Source of the DNA: a virus
Lineage: Duplodnaviria; Caudoviricetes
Length of the DNA: 35,245 nucleotides
Virus record (IMG/VR): IMGVR_UViG_3300005573_000201
Coordinates: 1-35,245 of that record
Direction: 5' to 3' (one strand)
Below the pieces are notes generated by a model, which did not search any database, was not told the DNA's origin, and was given only the letters and a program-made list of their open reading frames with translations. Of this stretch, positions 8,639 to 16,068 are shown piece by piece (positions within the stretch are counted from its first letter, which is position 1; each line of letters starts with the position of its first letter). The translations under genes and the position numbers were made by a program.

Positions 8639-9082
8639 GTGATTACCATCCGTTGTATTGCTGAATCCAACATCGAGAGTGACCTGATCCAGTACTGGAC
8701 ATGGGACAAGTTTTCCCACTGCGAATTCGTTCTGCCCGAAGGCTATCTTGGCTCGCGTCTCTCGGGGGGAATTCAGATTCGGCCATTCGATTATATAAAG
8801 GTCAGCCGGGAAGCGATTCTGACGCTGCTCCTCCCAAAGGACCGGGAAGAGGCCGTGATGGCATGGGCACGTGCACAGATTGGAGAAAGCTACGGCTGGA
8901 AGGATGTGTTTGATGAAGCCTTCCATAATGAGATATTGACGCCCTCCGGCATGGACTGCTCCCATTTTGTGACGCTGGCCTTGTCGAAGGGGAATTTCTC
9001 GGTAACTCGAAAACGATTCTTTCAAAACACTCCGGCGGATGTTTATAATTGCACCGGGCTGATATTGCAATCGGAGAAATAG
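8639..9082 (+). CDS. Permuted papain-like (NlpC/P60, YiiX/YaeF-type) amidase
   Basis: Probable start GTG 8639 after GGAGG. His precedes Cys: FSHCEF ... WARAQIGESYGW ... DCSHFV ... TPADVY. Confidence 0.75.
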   Translation: MITIRCIAESNIESDLIQYWTWDKFSHCEFVLPEGYLGSRLSGGIQIRPFDYIKVSREAILTLLLPKDREEAVMAWARAQIGESYGWKDVFDEAFHNEILTPSGMDCSHFVTLALSKGNFSVTRKRFFQNTPADVYNCTGLILQSEK

Positions 9083-9121
9083 GTGTGTCCACCTCCTCAA
9101 TCCTCTTTGGTGAAAAGAAAA

Positions 9122-9445
9122 ATGTCCATGCATGACCCTGAATCTCTGCCCGATTATACCTTATGGGGAAACGCCGCCGGATGGCTCCTCGCCATTTTTC
9201 TCGGAAAGAAGGCGTTGGCGGATCGGGATGAACGGATCAACAAGATCGAGGAATGGAAAGAGGATCACGAGAAGAATCATCCCAACACCGTAGAGATTCT
9301 TCGGATGCATAAAGAATTACGGGAGGATAGCAAAAGGATACTCGGACTCATCGAGAGAAACCATCATGACCATGAGGAGGACTTTCGCCATCTTCAAGAG
9401 CGTCTTGACAAGGTAATCAGATTCCATCCGAGAGGAAATAAATAG
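9122..9445 (+). CDS. Single-TM coiled-coil protein, holin/antiholin candidate
   Basis: ATG 9122 or 9128; hydrophobic LWGNAAGWLLAIFLG followed by a charged coiled coil; immediately upstream of the endolysin. Confidence 0.55.
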   Translation: MSMHDPESLPDYTLWGNAAGWLLAIFLGKKALADRDERINKIEEWKEDHEKNHPNTVEILRMHKELREDSKRILGLIERNHHDHEEDFRHLQERLDKVIRFHPRGNK

Positions 9446-9844
9446 ATGACCTACGGGGAAGGATTGGCCGTCGCCACACTCTGGCAAGAAGCCCGTGGAT
9501 CAAGCCTTGAAGGGAAGATGTGCGTGGCCCATGTCATCCGGAATCGAATGGCAAAGCGGTACACATCAGATGGTACAATAGCGGGTACGGTATTGCATCC
9601 TTGGCAGTTTTCCGGATGGACGGACAATGCCGTCTGCCTGGAATCCCTTCGTTATGTAGCAACGGATGCATTGGGACTCTTACCCATCTGGCAGGAATCT
9701 GCCACCAGTCCTGATCCGACAGACGGAGCCGTCTTGTACTATTCACCGGGGGCCATGACTCCTCCGGGATCTGTGCCATTCTGGGTGGCATCATCCAAGC
9801 TGACACTGACACTGCCCGACTTTCTGTTTTATGCGGCCAACTGA
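9446..9844 (+). CDS. Endolysin, SleB/Hydrolase_2 cell wall hydrolase
   Basis: TLWQEARG (catalytic Glu), VAHVIRNR, PWQFSGW and DPTDGAVLYY motifs. Confidence 0.9.
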   Translation: MTYGEGLAVATLWQEARGSSLEGKMCVAHVIRNRMAKRYTSDGTIAGTVLHPWQFSGWTDNAVCLESLRYVATDALGLLPIWQESATSPDPTDGAVLYYSPGAMTPPGSVPFWVASSKLTLTLPDFLFYAAN

Positions 9845-9883
9845 AGAGGCCGTCAATTATTCATCATCAAAAAGGAGCCGCCC

Positions 9884-10147
9884 ATGTCCGTCATCAACGA
9901 TCTTAAGACACTCTCCTCGAACGAAGTCTCTTCTGCTCAGGCAAGAGCGTCTTCCCACGAGTCCATCATATCCTCTTTGGAATCCGAGGTGGATAAAATC
10001 CTGGCTTCGATCAATGCCGTGTCTGGGCGAACCTTCGTTGAATCAGAAAGTCTATTCTCCAAGGTCAAGGCCGAACTGGTGGCCGGGGGGAAATTCGCCG
10101 AATCCGAGGTCGAGGCAATCTGGGCAAAGATCCGGGGCATCCTTTGA
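9884..10147 (+). CDS. Small helical hypothetical protein
   Basis: RBS AAAGGAG; 87 aa amphipathic helical sequence in the lysis region. Confidence 0.6.
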   Translation: MSVINDLKTLSSNEVSSAQARASSHESIISSLESEVDKILASINAVSGRTFVESESLFSKVKAELVAGGKFAESEVEAIWAKIRGIL

Positions 10148-10326
10148 CGAAGAAATGTGAAGTTTGCGGGACCCCGATACCCATTAATAAAACCGCCTGT
10201 AGCAAGAAATGCGTGAGGAAGATGCTTCTTTCCCCTCTCTTCGCCCAGAAAACCGAGGAATCGAAGAGGGCTCGACGGGTTCAGATATTGACGGACCGGG
10301 CGTACGGTCCGGGACATTACAAATGA
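10144..10326 (+). CDS. Small Zn-ribbon protein
   Basis: CEVCGTPIP...CSKKC; coupled to both neighbours. Confidence 0.55.
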   Translation: MTKKCEVCGTPIPINKTACSKKCVRKMLLSPLFAQKTEESKRARRVQILTDRAYGPGHYK

Positions 10327-10574
10327 ATACCCTAAAAAAACTCCTGACTGAAAGCGACAACGAAACTTGGTGCCCTATCCGTGTGGGAGGATCCTTCGTT
10401 CTGGTGGTGCTAATCTGGTATGCGGCCTCCGGGATCATTCACAAGACAGGGGATAATTTTATGGATGTCTGCAAGGGGTTTGCGTGGTATATTGGCGCAT
10501 GGGCGGCGGCAATTGGTGGCAAATCGAAACTCGGGGGGGATGCAAATGCCGGTTCTGGCTCTCCAACTCCTTAA
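10323..10574 (+). CDS. Holin candidate (2 TM)
   Basis: ATG 10323; two hydrophobic segments (VGGSFVLVVLIWYAASGII; GFAWYIGAWAAAIGG); upstream of the spanins. Confidence 0.6.
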   Translation: MNTLKKLLTESDNETWCPIRVGGSFVLVVLIWYAASGIIHKTGDNFMDVCKGFAWYIGAWAAAIGGKSKLGGDANAGSGSPTP

Positions 10575-10905
10575 GAAATTCGGTCCTTATCTTGGGATTG
10601 CTGTTCTCTGTGCGTTGCTCTATATCGAACATCTGAAACTGCAAACAGCCGATGCGGAGATTGCGACACTGACCTCGGCCAATCATCAATACGAACTCGA
10701 TACAAAAGCCCAAGATGCGAGCATCACAAAAGCCCATGCGGACCTTGAAATTCTTCAAAAACAGGCGGAGGATCTTCAGGCCAAGATCAATTCCGAATCC
10801 CGCCATGTTTCCGTTCAGACCAAACATATTCTGGCACATCCTCCCAATGGGAATTGCGATCACCTGATGGGATGGATGGCGCAGAAATTGGGGGGTCTCA
10901 AATGA
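10546..10905 (+). CDS. i-spanin (Rz-like)
   Basis: N-terminal TM (YLGIAVLCALLYI), periplasmic coiled coil and C-terminal Cys; followed by a lipoprotein. Confidence 0.75.
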   Translation: MPVLALQLLKKFGPYLGIAVLCALLYIEHLKLQTADAEIATLTSANHQYELDTKAQDASITKAHADLEILQKQAEDLQAKINSESRHVSVQTKHILAHPPNGNCDHLMGWMAQKLGGLK

Positions 10906-11174
10906 GACGATGGGTTGTGATCGGGTTGATCGGGATGGTGGGATGTTCTCCGGTGTACATCCCTCAGAAAGTGATGGTCGAAGTTCCGGTTTATTGCAAG
11001 GCCCCGGTCGTTCCGCCCTTTATCAATCACATTTCTTCGACGATCCCGAAGACGGAGAAGGAGCAGGAGGTATTGGCCTCCCAGATTGTTGCAACACTAT
11101 GGGAAGCGACGGAACAAAACAAGGAACTCCGACAGGCTCTCACCGCCTGCCAGAATCCCAAAGAGAGAAAGTGA
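10902..11174 (+). CDS. o-spanin lipoprotein (Rz1-like)
   Basis: MRRWVVIGLIGMVG|C lipobox, Pro-rich segment and C-terminal ALTAC; ATGA overlap with the i-spanin. Confidence 0.75.
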   Translation: MRRWVVIGLIGMVGCSPVYIPQKVMVEVPVYCKAPVVPPFINHISSTIPKTEKEQEVLASQIVATLWEATEQNKELRQALTACQNPKERK

Positions 11175-11197
11175 AAAGGGGAGGCCGAAGCCTCCCT
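11174..11197 (-). terminator. Rho-independent terminator ending the TasA-TIGR transcript
   Basis: Minus strand GGGAGGC-TTCG-GCCTCCC followed by CTTTT (cUUCGg tetraloop), ~8 nt after the last array unit. Confidence 0.75.
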
Positions 11198-11205
11198 GTG
11201 AAATA

Positions 11206-11531
11206 CGCTGTGATTTACTGGGTTTCTTAAACGAATTGACTCGCTCCGAATTTCTGGGTTTCTCTGGCGGTGTGACTCGCTCGAACCGTTTGGGTTTCTT
11301 CCCCTCCATGACTCACTCGGGACACTTGGGTTTCTCCGGACTTCTGACCCGCTTGCACGCGCTGGGTTTCTAGGCACTTGTGGCTCGCTCTGCCGCATTG
11401 GGTTTCTGGCGATTGATGGCTCGCTTGTTGTACTTGGGTTTCTTAGTTTCCATGACTCGCTAGGGACATCTGGGTTTCTGATTTGCCTGTGACTCGCTCC
11501 GTATACCTTGGGTTTCTCTGGGCTTTTGACC
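11206..11531 (-). ncRNA. TIGR array (tandem interspaced guide RNAs), 9 units of 36 nt
   Basis: Minus strand repeats RGYCA-N9-AGAAACCCA-N9-AGYG. The invariant TGGGTTTCT (+) starts at 11219, 11255, 11291, 11327, 11363, 11399, 11435, 11471 and 11509. All spacers are unique; the array directly follows a Nop-domain gene. Confidence 0.9.
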
Positions 11532-11537
11532 CCTCCC

Positions 11538-12437
11538 TCATCCCTCCGTTCCCGTTCCGTGATTGTAACCCAGTTTCCCCTCGGAATAGGGAACGCTCTG
11601 GGGGAATCCTTCCAGTTTCCGCCATTCCCGGTGAAGATCCACAAGGAATTGTTTGATCATATACCGGATGGAACGGTTGTGGATATGAAGCTTCGACAGC
11701 CCAGCGCAATCCGGACGGTGCGTGAGCCGATTCTTGTAGTCGTTATAGATCTTGGCGTAGACTCCCTTCCCACCGACCCGCAGGAACGATGATCCCGCCA
11801 CACCAATCAGCTTCGTTTTCAGGAATGGGTTGAACGTGATGGAATCCCGCTCGGCTTCTTCACCATCCTTGTTGACATAGGACTTCCTGACGAGGCTTTC
11901 TTTCTTGCGAGACCGTCCGACATTCTTTCCGTCCTCAGTGTTTACGGTGTCCAGCCCGGCATACTTCCAGAGGGAAGACGGATATTTTGCCTTTGAGATA
12001 TCGATCTCGGAAATGATGATACCCGCCAGCGCCGGACCGATTCCCTTGACCCCCTTGAGGTACTTCGTCCATACCGTGAACTCCATGAGGGACTTTTCGA
12101 GGAGAGCGAACTGTTGCTCTTCCATCTCCTCCATCTGAACATATTGATCGAAGAGGGCCAAGAACGAATACTCTGATATCAGTCCGACTGCAACGAATTT
12201 CTTTGGTGTCGGGATGATCTGCAAGCCGTCCATGATCTTCCGGTAGTCCTTCCGGAGCCTGTCCAGGTATTTCTTGTCCTCCTTGTCCAATGCTTCGGAT
12301 TCCGGAACGGATGGTTCGTTCCCCATGTCGCGGGCCTTTATGTTGGCAACGATCCGGTTTCCCATCTGGATTCGGAGTTTTTGCAGATCGTATACGCCAC
12401 GAACCTGTGTTCTGAGAGTTTCTTTCCGGAAGTCCAT
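11538..12437 (-). CDS. tasA: TIGR-associated protein TasA (Nop / IS110-related RNA-binding domain, no nuclease domain)
   Basis: 299 aa: coiled coil (YDLQKLRIQMGNRI), HhH LKGVKGIGPALAGIIISEI, SSLWKYAGL, FNPFLKT, HIHNRSIRYMIKQFLVDL. No N-terminal RuvC DEDD and no HNH; stop lies 6 nt from the array. Confidence 0.85.
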   Translation of the reverse strand: MDFRKETLRTQVRGVYDLQKLRIQMGNRIVANIKARDMGNEPSVPESEALDKEDKKYLDRLRKDYRKIMDGLQIIPTPKKFVAVGLISEYSFLALFDQYVQMEEMEEQQFALLEKSLMEFTVWTKYLKGVKGIGPALAGIIISEIDISKAKYPSSLWKYAGLDTVNTEDGKNVGRSRKKESLVRKSYVNKDGEEAERDSITFNPFLKTKLIGVAGSSFLRVGGKGVYAKIYNDYKNRLTHRPDCAGLSKLHIHNRSIRYMIKQFLVDLHREWRKLEGFPQSVPYSEGKLGYNHGTGTEG

Positions 12438-12554
12438 AAATCCCCCTTCTAAGGTTCAATCCTGACTCGATATGTCGATGGCATAACCACTTCATCACGA
12501 TATGTCGATTTTTCCGGTTCAAATGGATACGTCCTTCGATAATCTCCGTAGTCT

Positions 12555-12812
12555 TTACCAGTACTTCTGAACTTCCTCCTCCGTTGGCCTATGGTCAAAA
12601 TCAGAAGTGTAAAATGGATCATCTCCTTCCGGATCTCCATCAGGGCGACGAATCCGATAAGCCGGACTACAATCCTGAATAATCCCACCGCATGGGGCAA
12701 GTTCGTCCAACCCACAACCGCACTCGGTGTCAGGCTCGCAAAGTCCATCGAACCCGTTGTCTCTTAGATAAGATTCAACGATGTCTCGGACAGTCTTCGG
12801 CTTAGTTTTCAT
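12555..12812 (-). CDS. Cys-rich hypothetical phage protein
   Basis: ATG 12812; YLRDNGFDGLC...ECGCGLDELAPC...C motif. Confidence 0.65.
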   Translation of the reverse strand: MKTKPKTVRDIVESYLRDNGFDGLCEPDTECGCGLDELAPCGGIIQDCSPAYRIRRPDGDPEGDDPFYTSDFDHRPTEEEVQKYW

Positions 12813-12996
12813 CCTTCCCCGCCTCCTCTCTGGCTTTGCACGTCGAGCACTTGCCGAACATGAAGATAAACTGCCGCTCCTCCTGCGATCTCTCCCTCCC
12901 ACACGACTGGCAGATCGGAAAGTGATAGGGGAGCCTTAAGATCCCTGTCTCGCGGAAATAATCCTTGTCGATAGCGTCGATAATACGCATTGTCAC
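12802..12996 (-). CDS. Small Zn-finger protein
   Basis: CQSC...CSTC; overlaps neighbours in operon fashion. Confidence 0.55.
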   Translation of the reverse strand: MTMRIIDAIDKDYFRETGILRLPYHFPICQSCGRERSQEERQFIFMFGKCSTCKAREEAGKDEN

Positions 12997-13175
12997 TCTC
13001 CTTCCGTTCCAATTCCTTTTGCCCAGTCACATAGAATTAAATCTTCAGATTCGTCTTCTACCGTTCCCATGACAATTCCATTAAGCTCCTTATTGAGCAA
13101 CCGAAGGATCTCTATTTCATCACATCCTCTTAGAATGGCCTTGCGAATATATTGTTGTCTCCTGGTGTCAAGCAT
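12993..13175 (-). CDS. Hypothetical protein (60 aa)
   Basis: RBS GGAG; coupled to recT and to the downstream gene. Confidence 0.55.
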   Translation of the reverse strand: MLDTRRQQYIRKAILRGCDEIEILRLLNKELNGIVMGTVEDESEDLILCDWAKGIGTEGE

Positions 13176-13992
13176 CGTTGGATTCTCCTATTTTTTCTTT
13201 AAAACCATTGGCCCATTCCATCGCCTCTTCGTATTTTTCCAATGGGATATCTCTGAGAGAGAGGACATTGAAGAAACTCAATCCCTCTTTCATCAGATCC
13301 TTTTTCTCCGACTGGGAGTACCCGGATGTAGCGTCCTTGAGGGCTCCGATGATCTGTTCATATTGTTCTTGGGATATGATCCCGCTCTTATCCTGTTCAT
13401 GCGCCGGGGGAACAATTATCGATTCATTGTTAGGAGACAAAAGATTCTTGACTCGTTCGACCTTTGATTTTGGCTCAACTCGGATCGGTTCTGCTTCTAC
13501 GACCGGTTTATCATCAAAATTAACGGCTTCTTCCGGTGTATATGTTCCGACGGCGACCCCCGGAAACACGGTCCTGATGCCCTCCGAAACGACCCTTGCC
13601 CTGAGCATCTGCCGGGGATATTGTTTCCATACATCTTTTCCAGTCAGGCTGGCCTTCTTTGCCATGTCAATCGTCCAGCTTATGCGGGCCGAACCTCCCT
13701 TGGGATGGGAGAACACGGCTGTCACCTCATTGTCGTTGATTGTTTCCCATGAAACGGAGCCACCCGCTGTCTGAAACCTGGCAAGCATGGCATCGGATTT
13801 TAAGGTAGGACGATTCTGAATGATGTGGTAATCCCTTGCCGCAATGGCGGGATGCAAACCTTCGGCTTGGGCGATCAGCATGAGGGCGATGGCCTGCTCC
13901 TTTGTCTTGATACCGAAGAGCCCAGACTTAGTGACGGCATCCGCCATCCGTTCGATGTCGGAGTAGGAAATGATTGCGATTTCGTTAGACAT
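13168..13992 (-). CDS. recT: RecT/Red-beta-like single-strand annealing protein
   Basis: HIIQNRPTLKSDAMLA, WKQYPRQMLRAR...IRTVFP...YTPEE motifs; adjacent to a YqaJ exonuclease. Confidence 0.85.
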   Translation of the reverse strand: MSNEIAIISYSDIERMADAVTKSGLFGIKTKEQAIALMLIAQAEGLHPAIAARDYHIIQNRPTLKSDAMLARFQTAGGSVSWETINDNEVTAVFSHPKGGSARISWTIDMAKKASLTGKDVWKQYPRQMLRARVVSEGIRTVFPGVAVGTYTPEEAVNFDDKPVVEAEPIRVEPKSKVERVKNLLSPNNESIIVPPAHEQDKSGIISQEQYEQIIGALKDATSGYSQSEKKDLMKEGLSFFNVLSLRDIPLEKYEEAMEWANGFKEKIGESNDA

Positions 13993-13993
13993 T

Positions 13994-14869
13994 TTATTCC
14001 CCCTTCTTGATGCGGAAGACTCGGGTCTCCGCTTCTTTTTTGTACTGGTTATAAAGCTCCGATTGCTCTACCTGAAACCTCTTGCTGTCGAACCGGGATG
14101 ATTTCTGAGTTTTCCACGAGCAAAGCTCCCGTCCGTCTTGGCTTTCCAGAACTGATGCATCCTCCATAAAGCTCTTGATTTCAGCCTCAAGTTTTTCAAT
14201 CTGCTCGCTAAAAGACTTCTCTTCCTTCTTCAGCCGGATTAGTTTTATTACGATTCCTTCGATGTCCGAATCCGCAATCACGGCTTTCCCGGAATCTCTC
14301 GGATACGCAAGGGACAGGTCAGCGAGTGTTTTTGGTTCCGGCATTGTCTTTGTCTGGACAAGATCCCAGAATTTCACCTCCCTTTCAATGATACTGTTGA
14401 TGAGATCTGCGTCCTTCTGGACCTTGTAGATCCGGAAATCCGACCTGCCAATCAGAACCGGTATCCAGGCAATCTCCAGCCCCGTAACGGCCATTTGGAC
14501 CTGCGTCTGGATGATGTACTCCACCGGCACCTCGTCGGTGCCTTCTTCGCCCCATCCTTCATATGAGCCGGTCGTCTTGGCCTCCACCACAGCGTTTTGT
14601 GTTGCCCCGTCAAGCGTGGCCCGGATGAACGTATGGTCCGGATGCAGGACTTGTTTCTGTCGATCCAGAACCTTCTCTCCCGTTTGTTCCTCGAAGAGGC
14701 CAATCACCACAGGTTCGAGAGCCGTTCCCACCTTCATGGCCAGCGTTTCCTCCTGACCTTCCGATTGTCCAACCTTCTCCATCCAGACATCAAGGGGAGT
14801 TCGGTATCGGGAAAGGCCAACAATCGCGGCGGATTCTGATGCGCCAAGATATTGTTTACGATTGTCCAT
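13994..14869 (-). CDS. YqaJ-like viral recombinase / lambda-exonuclease family
   Basis: Start ATG 14869 after GAGG; RKQYLGASE, GTALEP, ATLDG, VEAKT and YIIQTQVQMAV motifs. Confidence 0.9.
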   Translation of the reverse strand: MDNRKQYLGASESAAIVGLSRYRTPLDVWMEKVGQSEGQEETLAMKVGTALEPVVIGLFEEQTGEKVLDRQKQVLHPDHTFIRATLDGATQNAVVEAKTTGSYEGWGEEGTDEVPVEYIIQTQVQMAVTGLEIAWIPVLIGRSDFRIYKVQKDADLINSIIEREVKFWDLVQTKTMPEPKTLADLSLAYPRDSGKAVIADSDIEGIVIKLIRLKKEEKSFSEQIEKLEAEIKSFMEDASVLESQDGRELCSWKTQKSSRFDSKRFQVEQSELYNQYKKEAETRVFRIKKGE

Positions 14870-15041
14870 CAGATGCCTCTCTTTCTTTTTTTTCCGGATA
14901 GCACTCATTCTCGATCAGCTGGAGCATAATCGGGACATACATAAGCGGTATAGTGATCGGTGATTTATATTCCTGTCTGATCGAAAGGATTCCCTCATTG
15001 AGTGTGATTTCGATTTTATCGATTTCCAAAAGTGTAGCCAT
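14856..15041 (-). CDS. Hypothetical protein (61 aa)
   Basis: RBS AAGGGGG; TGATG coupling. Confidence 0.55.
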   Translation of the reverse strand: MATLLEIDKIEITLNEGILSIRQEYKSPITIPLMYVPIMLQLIENECYPEKKEREASDGQS

Positions 15042-15220
15042 CAGATTCCCCCTTTCATTTCCTCTTTCCGAAGTCTCGATAATTCAGAGAGTACGGTATC
15101 GTGAGCTTCTTTGACAATCTGTCGAACCGTGGGATCGACTTGGAGCGGGTGAGCATCGACTACCTGTAACACATGAAAAAGATGGTCTTCTATCTCCTTA
15201 ATAATCTCCAGATCGGACAT
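15041..15220 (-). CDS. Hypothetical protein (59 aa, below the ORF-track cut-off)
   Basis: Translated by hand: MSDLEIIKEIEDHLFHVLQVVDAHPLQVDPTVRQIVKEAHDTVLSELSRLRKEEMKGGI*; RBS GGGAG; fills the operon gap exactly. Confidence 0.6.
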   Translation of the reverse strand: MSDLEIIKEIEDHLFHVLQVVDAHPLQVDPTVRQIVKEAHDTVLSELSRLRKEEMKGGI

Positions 15221-15221
15221 G

Positions 15222-15443
15222 TCACTCCCTCCCAGCGTCTCTTGGATAAAGTTTAACTACAGAAATATTCGTATCTTTTATCGTTTCTAACTTCTTGACT
15301 ATTTTTCCATCCTTGCCTAGTTTTTTTACCAACTGCCTGAAATTCGCTGAATCCATAGTCTCAAATCCAATTTTCTTGTAATGGACCAGCGGCTTTCCCG
15401 GATCTTTCCGAACATGCTCCAAAAGTCTTTCCCCATGTGTCAC
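15222..15443 (-). CDS. Small basic winged-helix-like protein
   Basis: RBS AAGGAGGT + GTG; LLEHVRKDPG...FRQLVKKLGKDGKIVK resembles a wHTH. Confidence 0.55.
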   Translation of the reverse strand: MTHGERLLEHVRKDPGKPLVHYKKIGFETMDSANFRQLVKKLGKDGKIVKKLETIKDTNISVVKLYPRDAGRE

Positions 15444-15446
15444 AAT

Positions 15447-15632
15447 TCACCTCCTTGGATCTCTATTAGTATTCTCCTGTGGCCGTGACCATGACCATGA
15501 CGATACACAGGACTGTGACCATGACGATACCCAGGACTGTGACCATGACCATAACCGGGACCGTGAAAATGACCGTGTCCCTGACCGGGAAAATGACCGT
15601 TCAAACCCCATTCTCAACATTGCTGCCGTCAT
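15447..15632 (-). CDS. Ser/Arg/Trp-rich low-complexity peptide, copy 3
   Basis: RBS GGAGG; MTAAMLRMGFERS followed by SR/SW dipeptides (TCAYGG hexamers). Confidence 0.65.
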   Translation of the reverse strand: MTAAMLRMGFERSFSRSGTRSFSRSRLWSWSQSWVSSWSQSCVSSWSWSRPQENTNRDPRR

Positions 15633-15847
15633 TTAAGTCCTCCCGGGAGCCATGACTGGGACCGTGGTCGTTCCCATGACCGTGACCACCACAATGACCC
15701 TGACCGGGACCCTGACCGGGACCGGGACTGTGACCATGACCGTGACCCTGTATATGACTGCGTATATGACCTTAAAAATGACCGGGATCGTGATCGTGGT
15801 CGTGACCGGGATTTATCAAATCCTCTTCTCAACATTCCCGCCGTCAT
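15629..15847 (-). CDS. Ser/Arg/Trp-rich low-complexity peptide, copy 2
   Basis: RBS GAGG; MTAGMLRRGFDKS followed by RS repeats; ATGA coupling to copy 3. Confidence 0.65.
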   Translation of the reverse strand: MTAGMLRRGFDKSRSRPRSRSRSFLRSYTQSYTGSRSWSQSRSRSGSRSGSLWWSRSWERPRSQSWLPGGLK

Positions 15848-15855
15848 TTAAGTCC

Positions 15856-16068
15856 TCACGGGAGCCGTGACCGTGAAAATGATCCCATCCGATTACCTTC
15901 CTGTAAAAATGTCCCTGACCATGAGTATGGACCTGGATTTGAACGTGAAAATGACCATGACCCTGACCTTGGCCGTGAAAAAGATCGTGACAATAACCTT
16001 GGTCGTGGCCATATACATGAAAATGATTCTGCTCGTTCAAACCCCATCCTAAACGTTGCTGCCGTCAT
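15856..16068 (-). CDS. Ser/Arg/Trp-rich low-complexity peptide, copy 1
   Basis: RBS GGGGAG; MTAATFRMGFERA followed by a degenerate RS/SW tract. Confidence 0.6.
   Translation of the reverse strand: MTAATFRMGFERAESFSCIWPRPRLLSRSFSRPRSGSWSFSRSNPGPYSWSGTFLQEGNRMGSFSRSRLP

Noticed and set aside
11206-11531. CRISPR array interpretation of the 36-nt repeats
   Set aside because: The conserved blocks are two alternating 9-mers with 9-nt spacers, not 23-47 nt repeats with ~30-nt spacers, and there are no cas genes. It fits TIGR.
11027-11644. 205-aa minus-strand ORF (RNP...SES repeats) and other ORFs over the array
   Set aside because: A by-product of the 36-nt periodicity: it overlaps tasA, the terminator and the o-spanin, has no RBS, and conservation is at nucleotide level.
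11538-12437. IS110/IS116 transposase (mobile element) call
   Set aside because: It lacks the N-terminal DEDD RuvC domain and the catalytic Ser-Gly motif, and it sits in a phage operon with a guide array.
15652-16052. Plus-strand Thr/Val/Met-rich and minus-strand His/Gly-rich ORFs
   Set aside because: These are alternative frames of the TCAYGG hexamers; only the RS frame has a repeated RBS and conserved leader.
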